DNA from: Raillietiella orientalis
Taxonomy: Eukaryota
Reading direction: 5' to 3'
DNA length: 64,000 bases
Assembly: GCA_036172245.1 (NCBI GenBank)
Contig: JAYWIR010000043.1
Location: 1,674,001 to 1,738,000 of the forward strand
Shown: one piece after another, positions 38,600 through 52,099 of the stretch
Numbering within the stretch: position 1 is the stretch's first letter
How the letters are laid out: each line of letters starts with the position of its first letter
The notes under the pieces: generated by a model
What the model saw: only the letters and a program-made list of their open reading frames with translations
What the model was told of the DNA's origin: nothing
The model's database searches: none
Program-made: the position numbers and the translations under genes

Positions 38600-39550
38600 T
38601 GCACCACTTTGCATGAGGAGGAGCTCCGAAAAGTCTTTTCCCCTAACACCCTTCCGCAGAAACCATCGCCTTTCAGCCCACGTGGGAAGACATCCGGGAT
38701 TCCGGGACCCTTTCATTCGGGCCAGGGTCGCAAACAGTCTCCAGATGTCAGTGGGAACGACAGGTACGACAGACGTCCCTCGATTTCGGATGGGGTTCAT
38801 CAGGCCGACGATCCGTCCCTTCAGCTCCACGCTTTTGCCCTCCCAAAGAACCGAGTTCTCTCGCAGACCTCAAGATGGGAAGAGAGCGGAAGCTGCTTTT
38901 CAAGGAGATCTCCTCCAATCAAAAGGTGAAGGGATCTCCTCACGCCCCACAGGGTATGCAATGGGTGGAACTGGCCATACCTAATGTGTCCCTCTCCGAG
39001 AAGCATCCTTGGACCATGCACATCACGAAAGACAGGCCTAAGAAGCACTGGGAAGAAAACCCGTATTTCGTCACGACGGCAGATGGGAAAGGGAGCGAAT
39101 GAGGATGTGAAACAAGTATCTCCTAACCTTAGGGGGCAAACTTTCCATGTCTTTTTTTGATTACTAATATAAAGGTCAGTCGTGACCTCTCAAGGAGGTC
39201 GCCGCTATTGGCCTAGGATGATGGAAATCCTGCGGATTTTTGTTTGCTGCATTCTTTCCTTCTTCTGTTTTCTTGCGACTTCCTTTCCTTTTTGGTTCAC
39301 TAAGTACTCAGGAAACGTTCACCCCCTAAGGGCATTGAAAAGGCTCGACGATGCCGCCACAGAAGATCACAAGGCTCTCAAGACAAGATCGCGCCACCCG
39401 AGGGTGCGTGTAACAGTCGAAGGAACCACTGCAGTACTCTGCACACTCTTGTGTTTCACAAGAGAGCCCCTGAGGATAGAGCCTGTTCCCCATCACTCTT
39501 GGGGGAGAAAAAACGAAAGGAACCTCTTCCTTATTCTTTCAGGTGGAAAG
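38600..39550 (+). mobile_element. Decayed Ty3/gypsy RT-RNase H relic
   Basis: 'KPSPFSPRGK' (cf. SPWxSP), 'RRPSISDGVHQ', 'ILRIFVCC' (cf. xxFLG), 'VRVTVEGTTAVLCTLL' (cf. DASxxGxGAVL), 'GRKNERN'. Confidence 0.45.
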
Positions 39551-40449
39551 GCCGGAGGGAATCTCTCCTGATTCTCTCCTCTGAAGAGAACGCCGAATGG
39601 AACGCTCCTGATTTCCCATAAGAGGAAGCCCCTCAGGGAAAGAGCGCTTCCAACTCACTGGAAAGGAAGCCCCCGGGGAGGGAACCGGCGCAAACTGGAG
39701 GGGAACCTCGGAGCTCGGCGATATCCAGGAAGGATCCCGGAGGGTCTGCTCCCAGTTCCGGCTAGTCAGCGGGGAGCCAGCGGCCTCCTGCGCGCGCGAG
39801 CGTCGTCATGACGATGCCACCTCCGAAGCCCGCGGGACTCTCAGCAAGCGTCATCCTGCAGGGGAATCGAAACCCTCACGGCGGGCTGCGACTCCAGGTG
39901 CTGCTCGAAGAAGTCCCGCGTTAGGGCTCGCATGATTGCGGTGGTCGCTTCCTGGACGACGAGCTGGATGTGTCGTTTAGTGATGCGCTCGTTGACTACT
40001 CTTTGTTCCCCAGAAATGCCTTCCTTCCTTTGCCTCCTGCTCGTTCCCTGCTCGCTTGTCAAGGTTCCCGAGGGTTTTCTTTTTCACTTCATCCCCTCTC
40101 TGCGGAGGTGTTCAGATTCCCCTTGACGACCGCAGCCTCTCTCAGTATCGGAGTCACCGGTGATTTCCCCGTCAGCTACTGGGAGACGCTGGTCATCCTC
40201 TTCGCGCTGTGCAGCATGCTGCCAGCTGGAGCCAATTCTGTGTAGTTGGTCAGCAGGTCGAAGTGTTTCATGTGTTTGCATTGGCGTTGTCGCGGGTGTG
40301 CATTCCACCTTCGTCCCGTGTTGTGTTTCCCGTGTTGCCGGCATGGGCAATCCAAGTGCTCCGAGTGCACAGTCAGACCACTGTGTACTCGGAGCTCGAT
40401 GACTTCTAGGTGGCGGGCCGAAATGGGTTTACCTCCCGGTTGCTCCGGA

Positions 40450-41370
40450 GCGTTTGCTAATAAAAACAAACTTTCATGTCGGGGGTCAGGACGCTTGGTC
40501 CTGTCACATCACACATGGAACCTGCCGAGAACCGGCACTCACCCGGCGAGGTTGCCTCGGCAGCAGAGAGGAGGGGGGCAAACAAAAAGAAAAAAATAAA
40601 AACATAAATATATGTAAAAACTTCGGTCGGATGGGAAAGGGATCACGTCCTGCTGGAGGGCGTCCTCTGCATCACTACCAGGATGCCGGAAAGCTCCTGC
40701 TCTATGATTTCCAGATGGGACCATCTTGACGCTGCCCTCATGGCAAGATCAGCGAAATGGATGGTTTCTCTGTCGTCCCTCCTCTGGCGCTGCTCCAGGC
40801 CACCACGATCCCGCGTAAGCAGCAGAGTCCTGCTAGGGATGCGGTGGTGTGGGGCGTCGCTCAGGAAGAGACGCTTCATGACGTCTGTGGGGCTGCCCTC
40901 GGGAATCCGCAGGGATGCGGCAAAGCGTTTCCACATGGGAAAGAGGGCAACACAATTCACAAGTAGGGACTCTCTTTCTCCGCACCTGTTGCAGTTCGGG
41001 CTTACACTCCCCCGGGTCCAACGATGCCAGCGGGCGGTACACAGGAGACCCCCTCCCCCCCCAATGCAGGATCAGCAGGATCGTCGACTCCTGCTACTTT
41101 AGGGGAGAGTTGTACTGGTCCAACACACTGGGGAACACTGTGCCTCCTCCTCTGGAGGAATTCTTAGTAGCTCTCTTCAGCGTAGCAGTCCTTTGAGTGG
41201 TACGCTCGAAAGGGTCGCGTCCGTGAGCTCCAGAGTTGGCGGGCAGGAATGGGTGTTCGCTTCCAGGGAAGGAGAGGAGGTGTTCCATTCGTTTTGGAGG
41301 CGACTAAAGGGTTGGGAGGATTTGGTAAACAAAAAGATGCTTCGAAAGAACTTTGGGATGGTTCCATATT
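40450..41370 (-). mobile_element. Tx1/L1-clade LINE 3' fragment (zf-RVT region + 3'-UTR), copy A
   Basis: 'CNRCGERESLLVNCVALFPMWKRF...KRLFL'. Nucleotide homology to 53120-53680 and 52230-52600. Confidence 0.65.
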
Positions 41371-41479
41371 TTTAGAACACCTAAATATACATAGCAGTCA
41401 CACACCAAAATTCATGTGCTCATTTCTTTTATCATATTTTTTTTACATAATTTGTATGGATGATGTGGGTCAGGTTTGA

Positions 41480-43600
41480 ATCAAGAAGAGTCTGTCCTTC
41501 TTTGCATTAAAGAAGTCCAAAACGTTTCGGAAACGATCATCGCTTGAACACATTCTTGCAACTAGCCAGCATCCAGAGAATTTCCCTCTCTACGTTCTCT
41601 TAACACACTCAGTGGATTGAAGATGCATGAATGCCTGTTCATGAGGGCACATCGCATAATGGGACCAATGAGGCACGGAAGCTGTGTGCATTTTCCTTTA
41701 GCTTCTGGATCTTCGAATGAGATCTGTTTGATGGAACTCAAAGGGAAGAACCGAAGCAAGGAGTTCGGATTGCCGAGTCTCCGGAGACATGGAACAAGGT
41801 CTGAGCTGTGCTCTTCCTCTTATCATTCCACAAAGCCGAGTCTGGGTCTCGTATCTGGAAACAGAGGGCCCAAGGATTCCACCAGAATCCGGGAAGGATC
41901 GACGACAAATACAGATGTCTTCAGGATGCGGGAGGACAGATGACCCAGGAAGGATGGTTGCTCATTTAATTCCGGATCAAAATGTGCAAATCATCTTTGC
42001 GCTCAGGTAAAGTTCGAAAGAAAAGAAATGAGATTTTGGCGCCCGCCGCTTGCTGGGGGGTAACGAGCGATGGTGTGGGAAAAAGAAAATAAAAAAAAAA
42101 TGAAAATTCCTTTAGCTGCGGCTGTTCAGAGTCTCTGCAGAGGGAAAGTCTCGCCTTGAAGATTTGGAATGGAGATCTGAGTGAGGAACAGAACCTCCTT
42201 CCTTCCGGTACCGCGGGCATACCAGAAGGAAGTTCGGAATTAGGAGGAGATGGAAAAGAGGGAAACGTAACTCTAGTGGGTTTCCCTGTTTCGTTACGCT
42301 GACATCAGAATATTTCTGCAGTGGACCATTTGGACACGATATGGATGTGGAAGCATTGCGAGAATAAAAGAACGTATATTGAAGAATCCAGTCTGCTACG
42401 ATGGGGGGGGAGGGAAGCGTATTTTCATAGTACGCTCTCTACGAAGTGTCTCCAGTGTGCAAAGGGGCACCTTGTCTGAGGCCTTCGTCAGAATCCGGGA
42501 AATTCTGAAGCACTGAGGCAGCAAACTGAAAGCCAACTGCGAATTCTCAACAAAATAAGACATGGAACACAGAAAATGCTGGACCACTGATCTCCTACAG
42601 GGATACTCTGCAGCGTGGACAGCAAGAATTCATTCATCCCATCAGACTCGAAGTAACGGAATGCCTTGGGGCAGATTTCCAGTAGATGCTTCAATCCCTG
42701 TCCCTGGGGCGCAACTCTGGCGTGTATCCTGAATGTAATTGAGGAAGAAAACCCACTGCATTTGGTTAATGTATCCAAGTGAATACGGAAAACGCTAAAG
42801 ATTTCGCTCTGAGGAAATCCGAGTGACCTCATCCTTACTTGCTGCAGACCTTCCTCGCAGCAGCAACTGAATTCGAACTTCCTCCCCGGAATCTGCCCCC
42901 AGCGCACGGAACGTCACCCCCAGCCCGTGATTTCTCCTTAGTGCAAGTTATACCTGTGCGATCTGGGAAACAGTTGGTAAGGTCAGCGCTGCTATCCTGG
43001 AAATCTTGGCTGTTAGAATCAAGATCGAAGCTACTGAGAAGCATGATGCATTGGCTCAAGCGCATGGAACAGAATCCTGCTCCTCCTCTTACACAGATGT
43101 TGCAGTCTCGGCTTTCTCTGAGGAGTATTTGATTCGCATCTTTCACAGGCACCCACTCGAAATGCGAAAGAGACTGCTTCTTCGTATGAAGTGCTGCAGT
43201 CGTCCTTTTGGACGTGGAATGGACACGACTCCATTTCTGGTCAGCGCTCCCGTCTACTGTCCCCAGCCTATGGAAAATTCGGGATTCTTCAGACAAATGG
43301 AGCAGCCGATTGCATGTCGAACTCGATGCCCATCACCTAGAGCAGCCTATCTACTCAATCTACGGCTCGCGGGCAGCATGCTGCCCGCCAAGACCATTTC
43401 ATTCACAGCCATTAAAAGTACTTGTCTGAAACTTCTGCTGGTCGGGCGGCAGTTTTTTGATAGAGGGCAAATCGCCAGCGGTTGGCACCCGCGCCCGCAG
43501 CGCCTCTAGCGGGTTGTCGTTTCGACACTCCGTGCAATGACGTTGTTGCGTACAGTTTCTTGTCATTTTAAGGGTTGGTACGCGGAAAGAATACAGTCCG
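41480..43600 (-). mobile_element. Decayed LINE ORF2 (L2/CR1/jockey-like)
   Basis: 'AGDLP' (cf. GDFN), 'ADQKW' (cf. SDH), 'ARVAPQ', 'LTKASDKVP' at 42465-42491 (cf. LSKAFDKV), 'KQGNPL..PLF' and terminal 'GNSL' (cf. WNxL). Confidence 0.7.
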
Positions 43601-44249
43601 TGCTTAAGCCGCCACAACCGAAAAAGTATTCGCTTGCATCCATATTCTTCGGGTGTTTTTTGCATAAAATATATGAATGGGAAAAAAATTTTCCATTGCG
43701 TTTACATTTGCGAATTGATTAAAATATATATTGATGCATAGTTTTTTTTTTACATGATTACATTATAATATATAGCGTAATGTTGTAAACTTATGTATGT
43801 GTCCCGAAAAGAAAAAGGGTTGAGTGTGACTGACCTACAGTAACACTGCAGCAGCATCTCAGGAGAGGAGTGAATTGTACTTTACGGAATACTTTACGCT
43901 GCTGCGCGAGCTTCTTTCTCCCCCTCTGCCGATGGGAAGGCGGCACTTTTCTTCTCTCCACCTACCACGCGGTGATGCTGCTTCTGTGGGTTCGAAAACC
44001 CATGCAAGGAAGCAATCAGAGACCACGGAGGGAGAACGAAGGATAGGATAGGAACTCGGGAGTTCCAGATTCCTCCTTCGAGATGAACATGAACACTGTG
44101 CCACCGCCACAGTATGCGTAAAAGAGGTTCTGTCACAGCATCCTGCTGACGGAATCCATTTCCTCAAAGTGTGTCCTTAAAGCAAATCTGAGAATAGTGT
44201 CATCCCACAGGCTGTGGATGCGCACTGGAGGGATAAAAAAGGAAGGTTA

Positions 44250-46250
44250 AAGGTCATGTGACCTCAACACAACTAGAATTATAAAGTAAGCGGCAGGAAA
44301 TCTCGGGCGACACGCGCGGAGATGACAGCATGTGGATGCTGCGAAAGCTAAAGGGGTGCTTTTCAGCGAGTCCTCCTGTTGCTGTCTCGCCTTGCGTGAG
44401 GTTCAGTCGCATCATTTAGACGGCAGACGCTTTTTGCGACATCCAAAGCTTCCAAGAGAGGGATGGGAAGGCTGATCGTTTTCCCAATCTGATTAACGAG
44501 ATCGTCCCAAGAGGGAACGCGTGATAAATGATGGAAGAGTGAAACGGGACGCATCGTACAAGTGTATCGAATCTCTGGAGAGGCGATCTGCTAGAATCCG
44601 AAGAGGTCATTTGAAAGAGCGAGAAGAGAAAAAGGGACCGAGGTAGCAGAACTCAAGAATCTGTCAGCTCTGGTCACCGATCGGTTTTCAGCGAAATGGG
44701 AACCACCATCACCGTACAACCGGCAAACTTCGACCACACGAGACGAGGAAGTGACGCTCTAACGGTAAAAAAGGTCACCTTTGGATGGTCGCAACGGCCA
44801 ACTTTCTCAAAAGGGTTTCTCACTGGAAAGGTAGGATTCTTCCTCAGGAGAGACTACAGAGAACTTAAATGATTCTTAGGTTGGAACGCAGGCAAGAATC
44901 TCGCCTTCAAACCATTGGCGGCGTTGTCTGTTTTCTGAGCTCCATGTCCACCAGAGGGTACTTTCCCAGCGACTGCAATCACTTCCAGAGACGATGTTGC
45001 CCCCAGGCGCTCAGGCGGAAGTGTTTCCTAGCACCCTGGAACGTGATCGTCCAGCGCTTACCTGACAAGGCCAGCTGCTTGCAAAGAAGGGAAAAGAGCA
45101 TCCCTGGGATAAAACCACAGTTGGGTCTTGAAGGAAGTTCTGAAGGAGACACGCGTGAGGACGTCAGGGCGTTCTACGAGAGTTGGTTTGAGGATTGCAA
45201 AATGACGAATCCACGTGCTGTGCGCACGGATGCAGGATGCGCTCGAAAAGAAGGACTCCATCCGCGATGGGCCAATAAAAAAGTGCAAACCGGGAAGAAA
45301 TGTGTGCTCAAGTGGTTGCTAGGATAAAGGCAACGTCTCCAGCGGTTCGAAGTGAGGAAGCAGACATTAAAGTGCAGTGTCAGCAACTTTTGCAATGAGC
45401 GTCCATGTCAACAGGAGTATGTGATCAATGGGATGAGGCAGAAAGCATAGACACCGCAGATCCCTTGGCTATCTGGGTCTACGCGCTCGAACGCAGTCTA
45501 CACCCTTTCTTCACCATTCCTGTGTTTAGGGTTTGGGCTGAAGAGTGGATGATCAGAGAGTCGAAGGAATCCACCGGCAATGAGGAGGACCAACCAACGC
45601 AGGCATCCTCCCCAATTACAAGGGTCGACTCAAAGCCGGGAAGCTTTCCTCACCTGCTCCTAGTGCCTGTATCCTCAGGATTTGAAAACTGAGGTGCCAT
45701 ATGATCACATGGAACCACGTGGTTCTCAGCAGTGGATGAAACATCGGCTCCCACTTTTCATCTCTCAAGGGAGTTTCAGTCCGATCCCATTCATTCGTTT
45801 CTACTTCCGTCAACGTCCCAAATCACAGAAAAAGGAAATACCTACGATCCGTGCATCATCGGGGCTGATGCTGAATACGTCATTTTCTCAAGTCGCGTCC
45901 TCCGTGGAAGGTTTCAATCCATGGCTGGAGCGCGGGCGAAGCTTCCGGTGCGTCTCATGCTCTGCCTCACGGGACCACCCCAACTCTGGATCCCGTTTGA
46001 CCGCAACTGTGCTCCCAGAAAGGGCGTTTTCATGCTGCTCTTCGCTGCCGGAAGCTGCTCCGACGTGTGCAGGAAAGCACGATGATGCTTTGACATGGCA
46101 TTTCAGCAGCGTTTTCTTCTTTTCGGGTCCAGAGATCTTCGCAGAAAATGGAAGCTCGAGCCAATCCTATGCTCAACGTAAATGAAGAATGCCTCTTCGT
46201 TTGTTCCCGTCCATGCCGAGAGGTCGGGAGGATGCTGTTGGGATCTGAAG
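44250..46250 (+). mobile_element. Decayed LINE ORF2 (I/jockey-like)
   Basis: 'CDLN', 'INDG' and 'SGHR' endonuclease remnants. RT 'ISQGSFSPIPF' (~45760-45795) and 'IIGADAEYVIFS'. Confidence 0.5.
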
Positions 46251-46289
46251 AATTCTTCCACCTTAAAGACACGTGAAGTTAAAAAACTA

Positions 46290-46960
46290 CGGGTGTGGTT
46301 CGAAATCCCGGACGATTATAAAAAAATAAATGGATACGTTTATCGTGTACATTAATATGTATTTTTATATAATCATTAACATACATGTTATAAAAATGAT
46401 GTATAAAATTTTTATCATATAGCACATTTTTATACATAGATCATGTTTTCAAACATAGATTAGATCAATAATACACAGATTTATTTGAACGTACACATTT
46501 TTATACGTGATCATGGATTTTAATCGTTTGATATGTGTATAATTCGCTATTTGTACATTCATTTCATATATATTTAGTATATGTATAAATGTATATTGAT
46601 ATATGCAATAAACATGTATGTATATTTATTTTTTTATATCTCTTATATATATACATATGTAATATATTGAGACATATTTACATCGGTAAATATGTATCTT
46701 AAAATAAATGCGCATAGTAACCTATGTATAAATACATATAATGCACATATTGTTATCTATAATGAGCACGTGCATATATTTTATAATCGAAATGTTACAC
46801 ATCAATCTATATATAAGCATACATACCAAAATATGCAATAAACATGTATAATTATTTTTTATAATATTTATAATATTTACTAATCTATATATTGATCTAT
46901 GTACGAGTATATATATTACCATAATATAAGCATATTATAAACTGCGTCCGTTAATAAATA
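46290..46960. repeat. AT-rich MITE-like block with a GTGGTTCGAAATCCCG terminus
   Basis: Starts cgggtgtggttcgaaatcccg. Internal 'atgtataaatgtatattgat' is shared with ~51113. Confidence 0.5.
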
Positions 46961-47449
46961 TGAATAAACATGCGTGCGAAAACGAATTTGCACGGCTCGT
47001 GAGGTCGCCACTGGACTTTTTCAAGAAAAGCCCTGAGGTAAGGCGATGCTTTCTCTGCCACTCGAGATCTGAGAAGATGCTGCCGGTTACGGCAGGATCG
47101 AATTTGCCTCCGGCACTGGCACCAAGGATTGATCGACACTACTGGAAGACTCAAGATATGCTCAAGCCGCTTCGAGACAAAGTAGGAAGGAGCAAACTCC
47201 TCAGGGAGAAGAAAAAAAACACCAAAGAAAAACTCTCCGGCGAGGACTGGAAGCGAGTGAAACGCGATGGATGCCCCGAAGCACTTGAGAGCGAAACCAA
47301 CGCCTCCAAAATCAATGAGTCACTCTGATCGTGATCTCAGGCATCTCTGGCAAGATGCTGAGAATCGTCTCAACACGCTGGAACCGGGAAGAATTCGTTC
47401 CACTCTGGAAGGATCGAGAAAGACGGGACGAAGCCAGAAAACACTCCGC

Positions 47450-48400
47450 ACACGTTTTGTGACCCTGCTCGACCCCTAAAAACCGCCCACCTCGCTGCAA
47501 CCGAGCGTCGGGATGACGCGATCTTTTGATCCAGACTTTCCACCCAGGTGCTTCCTGCTCAGAATAACATGAGCGAGGGGCAATGAGATGAAAATTCGAG
47601 TAAGCAGTGAACAAGTATTTTCCTCTAATTATGTACTTCAGGTGAAGAAACTGCAATTCCTTTGCCCGGGAATAGCAGCTCACAAATTAAGCTCAAAAAC
47701 ATGAGAAAACATCGCATACCGGAAACTGAGTACGCCAGAGGAACTAAAAGCAAAGTTCGGCTGCCCAAAATCAGCAGCCTCTCAAACACCGTCGGGCGAT
47801 CCTTATTCGGGAAGCTGCAGTGCAGCACCCCATGTGACGAGTGCAGGCACGGACCACTCCGCTCGAAAGAGCACGAGTGAGGTCACGAGGATGCCCTGAG
47901 ATGCTTCCTGTCCAACGGTGGATGGAGAACTGTTGCGCAGTGCGTGGAATCAGATGCCCTGCCCCGAGCGACGTCGGAGTAAAAGCGCGTGGTGGGGAGA
48001 GCTGGGAATTCCAACCAGGAAACAGTCGTTTGAGATGGGGAGGTGGGAGGCCGGGTCGAAAGCCAGGTCCAAGAGAAGATTGCAGGAGCTTCGCATGAAC
48101 AAGAGACTCATGCCGGAGTAAAGAATGAGGTGGGGACGCAAGACGATGAACGTTTGACACCTGCTTGAGCCACTCATATCGAAAGATCAATCAGATGTTC
48201 AGTCTCCGAAGAGTATCCACCCTGGACCAAGTGGCGTCGATCCTATTTTTCAGAGGCAGTTCCATCACTCGGTGTTTTGAACGTCGATTTCGTAACGCAC
48301 TGCTCAGGAATCATGGAATCTGTGGAACAGACGCAGCTGTTGGCAAGGCAAGCGGATGGTGATTACCAGGATATGGGGAGATGCGGAGTCTGCGAATTCC
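47450..48400 (+). mobile_element. Decayed pogo/Tigger-like DNA transposase
   Basis: 'ASG*' (cf. ASxGW of the CENP-B-type HTH), 'GEETAIPLPGN' (cf. NMDETxxxFxxP), 'QRWMEN', 'STLDQVA' (cf. QPLDQ), 'CW...RCGV' (cf. AW...FxxCG). Confidence 0.5.
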
Positions 48401-48949
48401 CTTTGATGCACGGCTCGAAGACCGAGGCACAGATGGACGGCGATCGAAAGTGAAGCGCCGGTGTGTCCAATTCTTGCACCAGATTGCATTCGGCTTCCAT
48501 TGCATTACGTTGGCATAAATTTTTTTTTACAAGCAGCAAGCGATCTTCGCATACGGTCGAGATCTGTTGACGGAAGGATAAGTACCAGTCAATTTCTCAA
48601 AATGGCGTCTGTTTTTGATGACGTCACATTTTTTCGGGAGCGTTTATGACGGTTCCCATTCTCTTAATCCGGTTATTTTTTTCCCCTTCCTCGGTATTTC
48701 AGACGGATGAGGGAATCACCTGGCTCCAAATTTCAAATCTGCGCGCGAGGAAATCTGTTCTTTCCATTCGCTTGAGTTTTCCGGCATGATGTGCTATGGA
48801 TAGTCTTTCTTCTTTTAGGAAAGAACTCATGAACCTCGGAACCGAGTTGTTGCTCGGCCTTAGAGCTCAAATGCTCTAAGACCTCTCCTTTAAATCAGAG
48901 GCTGGTGAATTTGCCCCTCCATATCTTTGAATAAGGAAGACAACGCACG

Positions 48950-49550
48950 ACCGCCTAGGTGCCTGACCCGCGAGCCAAGAGCTCCCATGATCTATTTGAT
49001 CCAGGTTTCTGGTCACAACAGAAGAATTTCTACCAACGAGGGATCGGGACCACGCCAAGTTATCCGAGTGCAGAATATTTCCTATGGTCAGGAGTGACAT
49101 TGACCTACAGAGGAATCGTGATAAACCGTGATCGCTTCCTTTTTTGTACGCGTTCAAATAGTTTGACCACGCAAAGAGGAAGTGGCCTGGATCAGGGAAC
49201 GCCTATCTCCGGCAGAGAAGAGAAATTCGATCTGCTTCATTGGTCATCCTGAAAATGCCTATTGAATCTGAGTGGGGAATGCGGGCAACGAAAAAAAATC
49301 AGGGATGCACGCTGGCGTTTGAATGGTGTACGGGGCAGAGACAAATGGTCTGCCGCTTCCGAGAAAGCTTTCCCGGCACATCTCCAGCAGAGCGGGAGGG
49401 AGAGCGAACCCAGGAGAAGAAAACGGCGAAGTTCCTCATCGGAAGACTTCATCGTGCGGTGTTGGTGCGGAGGCGTCCATTTAGCCGTTTCGGACTGCTT
49501 GGCGTTTCGTAAAGGAGAACTGGAGTAAAAGAGGGAGCCGACTGGAGAGA
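48950..49550 (+). mobile_element. LINE RT fragment
   Basis: 'VILKMPIES' (cf. DxxKAFDS) and 'TGQRQMVCRFRESF' (cf. LxxRxQxV). Weak. Confidence 0.35.
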
Positions 49551-50794
49551 AGGTCCTATTCTCGAGGACCTCTAAAATCTGATGCTGAGCTGAAGAGCGG
49601 ACGAAATTCGTGAGCAACGAGAATTCCATACATTTGAGGGTAGAATTGGCGGGACAGCAATCGAGAGCAGATGAGACCGATGAGACTGATCTCGCGATTC
49701 ACCCGAAACGAATTCTCAAATAACTCGAGTCCTGTGGGTCAGTTTTTTTCTGGACTTATTAAAGCAATAATGTTTAGGAGGTTTACCGTCTAAGGATCGA
49801 AACCTATCTTGCTTCTCACCACAATGAAATTCTTTGACTATCCTAATGTAGTCTTTATTTATCTGTTATCCATACTCGTTCGCCTCCTGACTTGCGGCAG
49901 GTTCTCATTTCAGCATTGCATTCGGGAACAGCTTGCACGAGGTGGGATAGCCGAAATTGGGTTTGGCAAAAGCAGGTTGCACTCGTGACCTGTGACACAA
50001 GAGTGAGCTCTTGTGTCCGTGACGTGCTGGGACGGATTTTGTTCTTGCCGGAGGAAACCGTGTTCCTGGGATGCATGCCAGATGAGGGGAAGGAACGGAG
50101 ACTGTCGTAAGTCATCAAACAAAAATGCAAGATGAAAAGAGTTTAACAGGCACCGCCGGAATTCCGAACTCGAACGGGGGGTCTGCAGATTGGAGCAGCA
50201 GTGAATCCGCCACCACAATGGGAACCGTTCGAGAAATGACCTCCGGGCAGTGTTCCGAATGGACCTGAAACCGAGTCATGTTTCGAGTCCAGGAAAGTCG
50301 AGAAACCTCCCATTGCGGCCACAGGAGAAATATTCGGGAGCAGCATCATTTCGCCACTATGAATTTCAAACCTCAGTTGAATAACAGTATTTTGGTTCAG
50401 ATGGAAGGACATTCTGAAAGTCTTCTGCTCCGTGCTTGAGGACCTTTCAAGGCCTTTAAGAGGCCCTTGTAATTCCAATGGTCCAGCTGACTTATTTTCG
50501 CATTTGAGAACCGTCTCGATGTAGGACGCTGTCGATTGGTGCCATTGCTTGCTTCATGCCAGTCAATGTGACATGAAACTCCCTTGAGGGCACGTCCATC
50601 CAGATGGAGGAAGCAACTCGAGGTTTAGGCTCCGAGATGTCACATTGCATCGTGATGCTGCTATTGATTGACAGGCTGCGTAATTTTACATATCGGATCT
50701 GAACTCTGGGAAGAGACAATTCCAAGACTCAGAATGTGGTGGGTGCCTTCATCTCGTAGACACCGACATTCTGATGCCACAAAAGATAGTGCCC

Positions 50795-51495
50795 ATCAAA
50801 ATCCGAAGGGTGATTAAAAATAAACACGTATGTGATAACTTTATATTAGGCGCATTTGTAAAAATCGAATTATAAGCATATATTTCCATTAGACCATCAA
50901 AATACCGAAATTAGAAGTCATCACTTACTGAGGAAGTGTCATTTACTGAGTGTTGGAAACGATATGAAAGTGAAACACAAAATTTGTTTTTCGCTTCTTT
51001 AATTTTAATAATTGGCTTTTCCATTTGTTTTCATCATTTTTAATCGCCGCCATTATCTTTTTTTTCATGATTTCATATTTGCACATGCGTTAAATATGTA
51101 TGCATTTATTACATGTATAAATGTATATTGATGTATACAATAAGCATATGATTTTTATAACATATATCATGCGAGTTATATTAATTATATGCATGTTGAA
51201 GTAAATTTACATATCAACATACAAAATAAGCATACACATTCATGTTTGATAATGTTTATAATATATATAATCCATAATGAGCGTATTATCAATAAGCACA
51301 TTATGAGGCATATTAACAAAGATATGAACCATATTAATTATATATATGTTAACAAATACTAATGAATATCTATGTCAAAATAAACTTGTATCTTAATCCG
51401 TATATAAATGTATGTGTTGTTATACATATGTTTTGATCATCTTTTGGGCGTTGACCGTTCAGGATTTCGTCGTGTGGGACCTCGAACCAAACCCT
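50795..51495. repeat. AT-rich MITE-like block (same family as 46290-46960)
   Basis: Left end 'caaaatccgaag'; right end 'ttcaggatttcg...cctcgaaccaaacc' (reverse complement ggtttggttcgagg...cgaaatcctgaa). Shared AT-rich core. Confidence 0.5.
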
Positions 51496-51499
51496 ATGG

Positions 51500-51900
51500 T
51501 CCCGATGCCCGAAAAACCGAAAGCGCCTGTTCGTGGTCCAGAAGACAGCGGGTGAACCATCTTCCTATCCTCCTGAGATTCTCCCTCGCCATGTCCCGGA
51601 TCGGCCAGGAACACCGAACTGGAGGCTGCTCCTCCCACGGACGTGGTCGTGGAAGTCAAGCAGCATTCTGTCGCGGAGTGACGTCCTCGGCACGAAAACT
51701 GACCGCACTTTGGAAACCGAGCATCCAGTGTCCAGCAGCCCTGAGGGATTCCGTCCTTCTCGATTTCGATCATGGCGGCGCCTTGAATCGACGGGTATGG
51801 AAACCACGTTGCCGAAGTTCCGAAAGGTCTCAGGAGGTGAGGGGCGCCTCGAAGGGTCACTCATGTCTCAAAGGCTGTTGAAACAATCAAAGGCCTTACA
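51500..51900 (-). mobile_element. Gag-like ORF1 fragment of a Tx1/L1-type LINE
   Basis: 'LRPFG...MIEIEKDGIPQG...KCGQFSCRGRHSATEC' (degenerate zinc knuckle). Confidence 0.45.
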
Positions 51901-52099
51901 AAAACAACCGCTCTGTTTCCCTGTCACGGATGCCCCCCAAACGGTATACACATCCCTCCTCCGCCTGTGGCCGCTGAGGACTATTACAGCACCCTTGCTG
52001 ACGTCATCGCCTCGCAAGGTTTATCACCCGGATTCGCCGGGGCATTCATTGCAAGTGCATTACATTTGTCATTTGGCCCAACACTTGGTTTACCACGAT

